Below are positions 1 through 12,000 of a stretch of DNA of 64,000 bases, piece by piece; within the stretch, counting starts at the first letter, position 1, and every line of letters starts with the position of its first letter. The notes below the pieces were generated by a model that was not told where the DNA came from, searched no databases, and saw only the letters and a list, made by a program, of their open reading frames with translations. This DNA comes from Amoebophrya sp. A120 (Eukaryota > Protista > Dinoflagellata): assembly GCA_905178155.1 (NCBI GenBank), contig CAJINV010000023.1:524289-588288 (forward strand), in the 5' to 3' direction. The position numbers were made by a program, and so were the translations under genes.

Positions 1-227
1 ACAAACCTAGGAGTTTTGTGAGTCACGCATCACAAGTTGCAGTCCGTAGTGTAGTGCAGGTTCGCAAGGCCAGCTGCATCAGAAATCCATCCGCTCATCC
101 TGTTTACAGCATTACAAATTCCAAAACACGATTGAAAATGGTTCTCATGCGGATGCGCATTACAAGTCTTCCTGTCTTTGCAAATCTGCATTACAACTCT
201 GGTGTGGGTACGTTTTTCCTCAGGATA

Positions 228-2201
228 ACAACCTCGACTTCGTCACAGCGGACCAACTATCCCAGAGAAAAAAGCAGGCAGGGCATATTTGTATTGCAAA
301 AATAAATACACAGAAAAATCTGTCATGGGAGGCCCCATAGCATGCTGTTCAGGATATGCAATACAGATTTTTTTGTGTATTTATTTTTGCATTACAAATG
401 TGACCTACCTGCTTTTTTTTCTGTGATACCAACTATCAAGGGCAAGTATCCCTGGACGTCTGGAAGATTGCCGGGTTTGTCATGCAGGTTTTGCATGACC
501 TATGATCGATCTGTGATGCATGCCCTAGCATCACAGATGTAGTTTTCAGCTGTTTTTGATGCCTGCAGTGCATGACAAATGCTCTCTCCGCGTACTAGTC
601 AAAACCAACTGGTAGCTCCTCTTGCTGGTCATGCAATACAGATTATAATTTTGAAAAGAACCAAATGCAGCTGCGTCACAAGTTCTTGCCATGTTCCAGA
701 CCCAGATCGATATTTGCAATGCATACCAGCTTTCTGCTTCCGTTCGCTTCCTGCTTCGCCTCTGTGCAAAGCTGGAGGAGGAGCTGGGGGCGGAAGAAGG
801 TCCAGCGCCCCCTGCTACTGCTGCTGCTGCTGCTGCGGATATCCCACGAAAAAACTGTTTCACTGTGATGATCTTGCAAGATCTGCATCACAAGTTTGTT
901 ACACATGACACAGAAAATTTGCCATGCGCGCTTCCAAAGGGAAAACACCGCTAAAGAGTCGAGGTCTTGCGGGTGTGGCAAGACAAATAGTTCTGTGTTC
1001 CATTCTATGCATCACAAGTTTACAGTGAAGCAGTTTTTTCTTGCGATAGAAGCAAAAAAAGAAGGTAGTGTGGCAGCAGGTAGTCAAGAAGATCCTCTTC
1101 ACGACCTGCAGCCGGGCGCCAGCGGCACGACAGAGCAGACGACGACACAAGTACTGGAACTGGGTCCCGACTCGAGACTTCTGTGCCTCTACCCTTTCGG
1201 CGAGGCTAAGCTGGACAAGCGAAAAATGCACGCGTCTATCATGTATCAAATGGAAAAATGTCTGGGTCTGGAAGATTGCTATGTTTGTCATGCATATTTT
1301 CCATGCCCCATGAGGTCTGGAATGCAGGACGGGACCTAGCGTGACAGATCCCGCGAAGTGGTCTCCATCATGCCGATCCTGCATGAGAAAGAACTCCCGC
1401 TCATGTTGGTCAAAAAAGAACAACTTTTGGTGATCACGCAGCCCAGATTTTTGTGTGATCCACAGGACGCATCACAAGTTCCATCCTCACAGACCCAGAC
1501 ACTTTTGCATTTGATATCATGACAGGCGAGCAGCGAAGCGGGCGCACGGACGCGATCCTGTGGCTTTTGTGTCATGCGGACGGGAAGACCACTCTCCGCG
1601 AACTCGCTACCGCAAGAAAAAACTGTACAGCTGTGAACTTGTGATGCATAGAATGGAACGCAAATGTGTTTGTCTTGCTACACATGCAAGACATTAGATT
1701 TTTAGCTGTGTTTTCCCTTAGATAGGATGCACGCATGCCAAGTTTTCTTTGTCATGTGTAACAAACTTGTGATGCAGATATTGCAAAATCGTCACAGTGA
1801 AACAGTTTTTTCGTGGGATACTCGCCGACCGTGCCGCCGACTACCAGAAAAAAGTTTTGCACCGAGTCGCGCGGGACGTTTTTCGTTTCGGGGCCCCTTC
1901 TATCCGATACGAAAAAAGTGTTTCCCTGTAAGGATTTATTTGCAGGTTTTGCATATTAGAAATTTGTTTTCTACATGACAGAGAAAATTTGCCATCAAGG
2001 TTTTCATATTTATAGGGGAAAACACAGCTAAAGCTCCAATGTGCTATGCATGTGTACTGCAAGACAAACACTTGTGCGATACATTTTCTGCATTACAAGT
2101 TTGATACAGTGAAACAGTTTTTTCTGGCGATACCTTCCCTGGAGGATTTAGTGCACTTCGCACGTGATCTCATCGCGTCTAACATGCTTCTGCGAGTATG
2201 A
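228..2201 (+). CDS. 3' part of a DUF4910-type aminopeptidase-like protein with C-terminal winged helix (interrupted; starts upstream of window)
   Basis: Removing elements <1-227, 258-428, 434-725, 840-1048, 1244-1516, 1608-1820 and 1901-2132 (plus one flanking repeat each) gives NLDFVTADQLSASVRF...LCLYPFGEAKLDKRKMH...AILWLLCHADGKTTLRELA...RV*. This matches my recollection of the DUF4910 motifs (DNLDFI..L; EPqLgKR; lwvLn.sDG..sL.diA). The stop at 2199-2201 lies in an element remnant, so the true end may be slightly downstream. Confidence 0.7.
258..428. mobile_element. Introner/MITE family J: nearly fully palindromic 171-bp element
   Basis: Left arm TATCCCAGAGAAAAAAGCAGG..ATTTGTATTGCAAAAATAAATACACAGAAAAATCTGT is mirrored by ACAGATTTTTTTGTGTATTTATTTTTGCATTACAAAT..CCTGCTTTTTTTTCTGTGATA; TSD CCAAC. 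Confidence 0.85.
1608..1820. mobile_element. Introner/MITE family D (representative copy, about 210-230 bp)
   Basis: TIR TA(T/C)CGCAAGAAAAAACTGT..(A/C)CTGT ... ACAGTGAAACAGTTTTTTCGTGGGATA, TSD CTCGC. Other copies at 840, 1901, 12349, 26693, 39449, 46726, 63924. Confidence 0.88.
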
Positions 2202-3117
2202 GAGTGCACAACTCCCCTCCCCCTCCTATCCCTTCTCACTGTCACGAGACGTTGAACAAGTTGATCATATATCGATTTTAAAATGATCGCCTAGAAGTTG
2301 GTGGGTCTTGAATAAATTAAACTGTTGTAATAAAAGCCATTCTACTTACACAACCCAGTAGACCATGAGCTTGCGGTCATTCAAGGACTTGCTTCTTGCG
2401 CCGGCGGAGCTGGTTGAATAGGATGTTGTGCGAGATTAAAATAAAAGCAAAGCGGCGACGTGCGTCAGACCGTATTAAGTAACAAGTGCCCTGGCTGTAC
2501 TAGCCGTAAGAAGTAAGCGTGTTCCGGCTTTTCTCGCCTCCTGCGATTTCATGGTTGAATGTTCCACCTTGTTGTGCGGACTTTTGTTCTGACTCCTTTT
2601 AATTATCGCAATCAACTGCCAATATCCCTGGAAGTCGGGAAGATTTTGCAAGCCAGATTTTTTCATGCCACAGAAGATGAACTGGTAAAAGCATATCTTA
2701 TAAAAATTTCTGGAGATGGAATTTATTGATAAATCGCAAGTACAGTTTACTACTACGGCGGGTAGAAGTTTGATATCCTGAGTAAAAACGTACCCACACA
2801 AGAGTCAGGATGGGGATTTTGCAGCACAAACCTAGGAGTTTTGTGAGTCACGCATGACAAAGTGCACTATGCAGTGTAGTGCAGGTTAGCAAGTGCAGCC
2901 GCATCACAGATTCATCTGCTCATCCTGTTCACAGCATCACAAATTCCAAAACACGACTGGCAATGGCTCTCATGGGGATGCGCATTACAAGTCTTCCTGT
3001 CTTTGCAAATCTGCATTACAACTCTGGCGTGGGTACGTTTTTACTCAGGATATTTGATGTTTTATCATCAGTAGACCATCAGACTCTTCGAAGAATCGAT
3101 TCAAGTAGGGGATAAAA

Positions 3118-5389
3118 ATGGGTATGGAAAGCTATGCATTGCAAAAGTATCGTACTCGTATAAATGCGTGACAAATTTCCTCAGCATGAGAAACAAAATT
3201 TGTAATGCGGATTTATCTTAAGAAAAAGATTTGTAATGCATGACTGCAATTACCACGAGTTGTGCGATACTTTTGCACAGGACAAAAGCGAGTGGGTAGC
3301 GATTTGGGACCGCAAGGGTCGCGAGCGCATATGTATTGCAAAAGTATCCCATACTCGTATAAATGCATTACAAATTTCCTCAGCATGAGACATAAAATTT
3401 GTAATGCGGATTTACCTCAAGAAAAAGATTTGTAATGCATGATTGCAATAGTACGAGTGCGATACTTTTCCCCAGGATAGCGCAGCGCGGACTGCGATGT
3501 GGAGACGTTGATGGGAGCCACCTCGCATGACGGACTCGACTATTCGCGCATCGCTTCTGCCATCCTTTCGGGCGTGAGGTACGCATATCAAATGCAAAAA
3601 TGTCTAGGTCTGGAAACTTGTGTTGCTGATACTTGCATTGCAAACTTGCTGCTTGTACGGCAAAAACGCATCAGAAATTTCCCTCGGCATTCCTTGCGGA
3701 TTTCATTCGTATTTAGCATGACAAAGTACCATATCCAGCACGACAAAAAAACTGGCCAATGGTATTCATGCATTACAGATCTTGTTGTCCTTGAAGTCCT
3801 GCATCACAAATCCAGACCCAGACATATTTGCAATGCATAACGCAAAGGGCGACACGATTTTTGAGGTTGGGTCGGGGGCCGGGCTGCTGGCAAAATACCT
3901 ATCCTGAGTAAAATCGTCCCCACTCCAGAGTTGTCATGCAATTCTGCATGCCAAAAAAGTTTCTCTTGCGGAGCCCTATGACGAGAAGCATTCTCTATTT
4001 CTGTTTTGGAATTTGTGATGCAAAAATCAGGATGCTACGCTAGATCTGTGATGCTTCTGAACTAGCTCAACAGGATTACACTACAAGGACAAACTTGTCA
4101 TGCCAAACAACCAAGGCTGGTTGATTTGTCTAGGAGATTTCCGACCTTGGCACTGGTGTGGGGACGTTTTTAATCAGGATAATACCTTCCGGATCCCTAT
4201 ACCGGCATCGAACCCGCCGCGAGCTTGGTGGAATTTCATCAGAAGAACGAACCCGCGCTATTCTATGTAAAAACGCGCCCACCCCAGAGTCAAGATGGGG
4301 ATCTCGCAACACAAGTCGAGAAGTTTTGGGAGTCACGCATGACAAGTTCCTCTCCGTATCGTGCTGCAGTTTAGCAAGTGAAGCCGCATCACAAAGCCAT
4401 CTAGTCATCCTGCTTATAGCATTACAAATGCCAAAATACGACTGGAAATGCCTCTCATGTAGATGCGCATTACAAATGTTCCTGTCATTGCAAATCTGCA
4501 TGACAGCTCTGGGGTGGGAACGTTTTCACATAGCATACGCGCGAGCTTCCAGCATCCAGGTCGGGCACGCGGGCGAAGTGATATCAAATGCAAAAATGTC
4601 TGGGTCTGGAAGAATGCAACTTGTCATGCTAAATCTGAAGCATGCAAAAATCTGTGTTGCATGATTACCACAAGTCGTCCGGTTTTGACCAAGTCGGGAG
4701 GCAGTTTCTCATGCAGCATAGGCACGATAGAGATCGCACAGAATCTGACGTGCTAGCTCCTGCAATGCAGACCTCGTGGGTCATGGAAAAGCTGCATGAC
4801 AAACTTGCATTCTTCCAGACCCAGATATTTTTGCATTTCATAATCGAGTGCGAGCGACAAGTCCTACGACCATGTGATTCTTTACAGCATCGCGCAGTAC
4901 TTTCCGGATTTGTCCTATTTCAACCAGGCCGTGCGCGAAGCCATCCGTGTGGCGAGGAAGGCCGTGTTTCTGGGCGATCTCCGCACCGTGGGGAGGACAA
5001 AAAACAGTGCTGCCGAACTGGACCACTTGACGGTGAGCCAGGAGGAGTTGCGCGCCATTGACTCCCGCTTTCAGGTGCTCCCCTCGTGTGCTGGGTTGGA
5101 GCATCAGAAGCCGTACGACGCGGTACTGTTTTTGGGGCCCACGATATCGCAAGCAAAAAGTGTTACAGTTACACATTGTGTTGCAATACTGGCAACACAG
5201 ACAACCTTCCTCATGCAGGAAATGCTTTGGAGCCTCGTTTCCTTCCTGTTTTCCCTCAACATAATCTTTGCATTGCAAGTTTTCTCTGTCATGCAAGGAA
5301 AACTTGTGATGCTGAAGTCACAGCAAATGTGTAACTGTAACACTTTTTTCGTGGGATACACGGATGAAAAGGACAATGGATCATCTTAA
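3118..5389 (+). CDS. Class I SAM-dependent methyltransferase (7 element-introns)
   Basis: Elements at 3133-3284, 3330-3479, 3586-3839, 3900-4181, 4259-4537, 4582-4842 and 5145-5358. Joined exons: MGMESEWVAIWDRKG...GDTIFEVGSGAGLLAKY...YTGIEPAASLV...SYDHVILYSIAQYFPDLSYF...RVARKAVFLGDL...SS*. Motif I is EVGSGAG. Confidence 0.85.
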
Positions 5390-6052
5390 AAACTACGATT
5401 CTTGTTGTGATGAACCAGCATCAGCAAAGGAGATAGTATTCTAGTATTTCTTCCCTACTTTAGCTTTATTAATTCACTTCTCAACAACTTCACCTCTGAA
5501 GATGAAGTGCTGATAGAGAGAGATTTGATCATGATTTTGATTGGTGTGGTGCCATCAGAAGATGACCCTAGCGATAGAATCAATTGATTTTTTTTCTGAG
5601 CACAGGCAGTCTCTAGCGACACGGCTTGACATCGACATCAAGACTGATTCGATAATGCAGGAGAAAATCTCCGTATAATACAAAAAGGCTAATTGGTACC
5701 ATTTGCGCATCAAGTAAGGCGCCATGATGAAAAAATATGACCAAATATACAACGGGGAGAAGTCCTAGAAGTGTGCTGACAGCACGAACGAAATCTATTC
5801 AGTGTGCTTTGGAACAACAATAAACTACGGTGATCAGCTTCAACACGAGATTTCACATACGCATAGAAGGACTACTTTAACTATGATCAATGATTAACTT
5901 AGTTTCTTGTGGCACGACTTCTACAAAAGTGGCAAAAAAATAGTCCCCAAGAAAGCAAAGCGGTCACGACTCACTGTGGTCAGCAAGTCCCTCCACCTGT
6001 AGTGTAGTAGTTTCCCTTCGGCGTAGTTGAGCGGTGCTGGGGGTGCACCACT

Positions 6053-9000
6053 ATGGCCGCGTCGTCCTCCCGTCCTGCGACTATGGTATCCTGTGCAAAA
6101 GTATCGTCCTCGTAGTAATTGCAGTCATGCATTACAAATCTTTTTCTCAAGGTAAATCCGCATTACAAATTTTATTTCTCATGCTGAGAAAATTTGTCAT
6201 GCATTATTTATACGAGTACGATACTTTTGCAATGCATAGATGGTCGCGGATGGCAACGCGACGGGGGCCAGCACGACGTCCACGTCGCCCTACTCGATCA
6301 TTGAGGTATCAAAATGAAAAGTCCCCCCTCCCCATATCAAAAGGAAGTTTCTGATGCTGGATTTGCGTATGCAAATCAGGTTTGTCTTGCAGTAGAGTAC
6401 TGCAGGCTCCTGCCAAGATTGAGTAGACAGCTTTTGGCCTAGGCGCTTAGCATGAGAAACGACTAGGCTGTAGGCCCAACAGCATCACAAACCGCCTGCA
6501 TAATGCGGCAGAGCCTGTGGCGTTGTCTTCTTGCAAGACAACCGTGATTTGTGGTCTCAAATCAGCAAGACAAATTTTCGGAAACATACCTGTTCGATAT
6601 GGGGAGGGGGAGTTTTTCCTCTCAATATGAGGTGGCGAACTCTATGGCGGCGTCTGAGTGATTATTGTTTTATCGATTCAAAAATTCCCATTTCAATTTA
6701 AAAACAACTCTTATCCCAAGCTGTATCCATCTCTTCGTCGCGGGTCTGCAGGGTGGTTGCCGTCGCGGTTCCGGTGGTGCGTCAACATCCGGGCTCCAAT
6801 TTATGCATATGAAAAGCGTTCCAATTTGAGCGAGCTAGATAAGGCAGCACAGAGGATGTCTAAATAGGGTATGAAGTAAGCATGTAGCTGAGGCTAATAT
6901 GGGCGCCAATAGCGCCGCTTGTAAGGTATCCTGCCACGCCTGTTGCCGCTGGTGCCCCGTCAAAAATTTGCATTTTTTGCTGCCGCGATTCAACAGAGGT
7001 TTTTAAATGGAAGTTTAGACCTATCAATTTGCCTCTATCTGAGCGCCAATTTCTCAGCGTGATTGAGAGGCTCAGTCCGAGGCTCATTGAGAGGTCTCTA
7101 GAGAGGTCCGCAAATGCCTTCCGCCGATGATATGACGAAAAACAAAGCATACCATGACGGGGCACCAGGAACCAGCAATCAGCCGGCACCTGGGCAAGCA
7201 GCAACGAACCCGCTTCCAGAGGGCCTATTCCGGCCTCTGATTTCACCTTAAGCATGACCAAACTAGTTGCCTTATCTAGCTAGCTCAAATTGGAGCGCTC
7301 GTTTTGACTTGCGTACTCTTCTCCAACTGCTACCACCACGGGAGACGGCACCTGTACGCGCGCACGCGACGCGCGAAACAACACCTAAAGAGCACCTGAT
7401 ACTGCAATGTTTTTACTTTGAAATGGGAATTTTTGAATCGCCTTGACAGTAATCACTCAGACGCCGCCATAAACTCTCACGGTGGCGACTATGAGTACAT
7501 GATGCAACTGCTCGGCGAGTTTAAGGATTTCGGACCGGGCTACGGCATCAAGTTTCAGCCCCTGCACCACACCACGCTCGCGACCCCCGACTTTCCGTCC
7601 TACCCGGTGTACGAGAGTTTTGTCTTCTCCTTCCAGCAATGGGGTACTATTTTCGACGAGGTGCGAAGGACGAGGAAGGATATCTGGCTGGACATCTTTG
7701 ATACCTACGGGGTGGAAGTGCTCGGTCGTCACCTCGGGCAAGTGTACGGCCTGAAGCTGCAGGTGGGGGTTCTGGAGCACCTCCACGTGTTGGAGGCTTT
7801 GAGCCGGCTGGACCTGTCGGACAAGCTGCTGATCATGAACGTGGCCGCTCTGGTATCTTACGTAAACACGTCCCCATCCCATAGTCAAGTTGGCAACTTA
7901 GCAACATAAATCTAGAAGGTTTGGGACCCACGCATGACAAGTTGCGGTCCGTAGTGTAGTAGTGCAGGTTCGTAAGGAAAGCCGCATCACAAATCCTTCT
8001 GCTCATCCTGTTTCCAGCATTACAAATTCTAAAACTCGACTAGATATGCATCTCAACATGGGGACCCGCATTACAAATGTTTCTGTAGATGCAAATCTGC
8101 ATGACAGTTCTGGGGAGGTGGGGACGACGTTTTTACACGCAATATCTGGAAGTGGACGCCATCCGCGTCTTGCTCGCCCGCCTGGAAAACAAGTTGCGGC
8201 CCAGAGAGATCCTTATCCAGGTGGGTATCCTGAGTAAAAACGTCCCCACCCGCCCAGAGTTGTCAAGCAAGTCTGCATGCCAAAAAAAAATCTCATGTGG
8301 AGCCCCATGAGAAGCATTTTCCGTTCATGTTTTGCTGGAATTTCTGATGCTAGAACCAGCATGATATGCTAGATCTGTGATGCTGCTGAACTGGCTAAAC
8401 CAACGGGATCACGCGACGAAATCAAACTTGTCATGCGAACCAAAGTTGCTTTGTCTAGCAGATTTCCCATCTTGACTCTGGTGTGGGGACGTTTTTGCCC
8501 AGGATAGTGGGGTTTCAATCCTTTCCCACCAAGTTTGTCGACTGCGGTCTGGGGAAGCTGCGCACCATCAATATCAAATGCAAATATCCCTGGATGTCTG
8601 GAAACTTGTGTTGCTGGTACTTGCATGGCAAACTTGCTGCTTGTACGGCATAAAAGCATGAGAAATAATTTCCCTCGGCATTCCTTGGGGATTCATTCGT
8701 GTTTGGCATTACAAGCTGCCATCTTCCAGCACGACAAAAAAACTGGCCAATGGTATTCATGCACTACAGATCTTGTTGTCGTTTAAGTCCTGCATCACAA
8801 AGCCAGACCCAGACATTTTTGCATTTGATAATCAAAGACAGTCTTCAAAAGCGCATCGTGTTTGCGGACCACGAGAATCGAGACTTATCAAAAGAAAAAA
8901 TCCCCCCTCCCCATATCAAAAGGAAACTTCTGATGCTGGATTGGCGTACACAAATAAGGTCTGTCATGCTGTAAGGGCAACGCCTGCCCCTAGCTGCTTA

Positions 9001-12000
9001 GCATGGGACGAAACGCGTGCCCTGTAGGCCAACCAGCATGACAAATCACGCCCATAATGCGGCGCATCCCTCAGCGCTTGCCTTCTTGCAAGACAAAAAT
9101 GATTTGTGGCCACAAATCTGCATCACAAATTTCGGGAAGGATGCCTTTGCAATCTGGGGAGGTGGGATTTTTACTCACAATTAGCCTCCGAGTTTGCCCT
9201 GTGGCTCCCGGCCATGGCGTTGTGTTGCGGGGCCGACATTGTCGAAAAGCACGTAATGCACAGCTCACTGAACACCAAGTACGACTCCGTCTCCGCATTG
9301 AAGGTGCTATCAAATGCAAACATGTCTGGGAGGTCTGGAAACTTGTAATGCTGAGTTGGAACTAGTGAATGCTCTGAAATGCACTCGTATTTTCGTGCCT
9401 AAGTGATGTATGGGAAGTATTTTCGTGCCTAAGTGTTGCGGTTTTCGCATGACAGACTGCGTTTTGGCATGACAAGCAAAAGGCTCCTCTTCTTGGACGC
9501 GCATCACAAGCTCTTCAGTCATGCCAGACAAGCATGACAGGCCCTGCATCCTTCCAGATTCAGACATATTTGCAATGCATAGGTGCACGAGTTTACCAAA
9601 ATGATGGATCTCACCTCGCAGGTGAACGGCGTGTTGCATGCCAAAGAGTTTGTGAACCGGCGGGTATCAAATGCGAAAATGTCTGGGTCTGCAAGATTGC
9701 TAGCTTTGTCATGCAGGTTTTCCATGACCCACGCGGTCTGGCATGTACGACCTAGCATGACAGATTCTGTGAGACCTCTATCATGCCTTTCCTGCATGAG
9801 AAACTGCCTCTACGAACTTGTTAAAAAGTTGACAACTTTTGGTAATCATGCAACACAATTTTTTTCACGATCCAGATGTAGCATGACAAGTTCCAACCTT
9901 CCAGACGCAGACATATTTGCAATGCATAGCGGGAAAAGGAATACTACGAGAAGGGCCTGATGTATCGCAAGAAAAAAGTGTTACAGTTACACACATAGTC
10001 TATGCAGGCCAAGCAAGACAGACAAGCTCTGTCATGCCGGATATGCAACATGGGAGCCTGGTTTCATAGGTGTTTTCCCGTAGGATTTCTGCATTACAAG
10101 TTTTCTGACTCATGCAGAGAAATTTATTGTGTTGCTGAATTCACTACAAACGTGTCACTGTAACACTTTTTTCGTGGGATATGATGCGACCGCTCCTTGC
10201 GCACGGAAGAGAAAAGGGGTCGCCCCTCTCCCTGGCCCACGACCTCGTGTTCCTGCGGAGCTTTATGGCGTTCTCAAACGTTATATTCTCAACTGTTACA
10301 AGATGAATTTGTGATGCAAGAATGGCAACAGTCAAAGGGGCAAGCTTGCTGCTTTCGCGTCACAGATTTGGCACAATATTAGATGCTGTTTAGCCTCTCG
10401 GAGATTTGTCATGCGAAGCAGCTTGATCATCTGGCGGCTTAAGGTAGTCTTGCATGACAAATCCACGTAACAGTTGAGAATGTAACGTTTGAGAACTCGA
10501 TAAGCTTATCCAAGGGGTTGTCCTTCTCCGAAATCGAGAAACTGACCACCATATGGATTGCAAAAATCCCTGGATGTCTGGAAGATTGCATCAAATTGTC
10601 ATGCTAAATCCGAATCATGCAGAAACCTGTGTTGCATGGGTGCCAAAAGCTGTCCACTTTCGACCAAGTTTGGAGGGAGTTTCTCATGCAGGATAGACAT
10701 GGCAGAGACCTCACAGACACTGTCATGCTAGGTCCTGTATTCCAGACCTCATGGGGCATGGAAAATATGCATGACAAGTCTGCATTCCTCTTCCAGACCC
10801 AGACATTTTTGCATTTGATACATGACCGGCCACGTGCTCTCGCAATCCGTGGCTGCGGGCGCTCTATCAAAAGGAAAAATCCCCATATCGAAAACGAAAT
10901 TTGTGATGCTGTATTTGAGTACACAAATCGACTTGTAATGCTAGAAGGCCACGAGACGCAGCTGTGGCCTCGTTCTTTCCAGGCAATTTGTCATGCTGTT
11001 CCCATTTCCAGCTGCCCCCTGTCATGCTGAAGATGCATAGGTTTATTCCCACGCCAACCAGCACTACAGTCGGCATCTTTTCCCTTCTAGCATGACAAAG
11101 CTGATTTGTGACCACAAATCTGCATCACAAATTTTTAGTTTGAGTATGTGGCGGGGGGATTTTTCACTTTGATACGCTCCCCTGCGTCGCGAGTACTTCA
11201 AGAGCGCCACGATCGGGGTTCTGGTGGCCTGCCGCCTGAAATCGGCCCGGTGTAAGCGGAAGGCGGTGCGCAAACTGGGCGACCTCACCTCTATCGAGCA
11301 GTGTCTTCGCAACTGTTGCAGCATGACCCGCGCGCACCATGTGGTGCTTTGTACCTCCACCACCGAAGAGGATGCGGAGCTGTCCGGCTACCGGTACAAC
11401 TCATCCGCAGTATTGTCAGGAAAAATCCCCCCTCCCCACATCGAAAAGGAACACCTCAGTGAATTTGTGATGGTGATTTGTGACCACAACAGTGTCTGCT
11501 TTGCAAGAAAGCAACGGCATGAACTCCGCCCAATTATTATGCTGGCGGTTTGTAATGCTGTTGGTCCCACAGCGCAGACGTTCCTCATGCTAAAGTGCCT
11601 GGCCCAAAACCTCTGCGCATTGGCATGGTATGGGCCTGCAGTCCTCTACTGCAAGACAAATCTGATTTGTGTACGCAAATCCAGCGTCAGAAGTTTCGTT
11701 TTGATGTGGTGAGGGGGGATTTTTCCTTTTGATACGCAGTGGGGTTTCACCAGGGTGACCCGGAAGACGTGATTTGGCGGTATCTGGAGGTGGTGCGGCA
11801 ACTCAAAATTGACGTGATCGTCCGGGTGACCGGGGTATCTAATGCAAATATGTCTGGGTCTGGAAGATTTTGAGATTTGTCATGCACGTGGTCCATGAGC
11901 CCTGATGTCTGTGATGCATGCCCTATCGTCACAGATGTTTTGGGGGCTTCTTGATCCCTATTGCGCATGACAAATGCCCCCTCCGCGTAGGAAAAATTAC

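Noticed and set aside
2609-2731. Possible decayed family A element (ATCAACTGCCAATATCCCTGGAAG..TTGATA)
   Set aside because: Too degenerate to define ends or a target repeat with confidence; not counted.
7418-7476. ORF-track start of the NeuB-like protein (MKWEFLNRLDSNHSDAAI)
   Set aside because: These codons are the right TIR of the 6643-7471 element. The real upstream exons are at 6053-6642.
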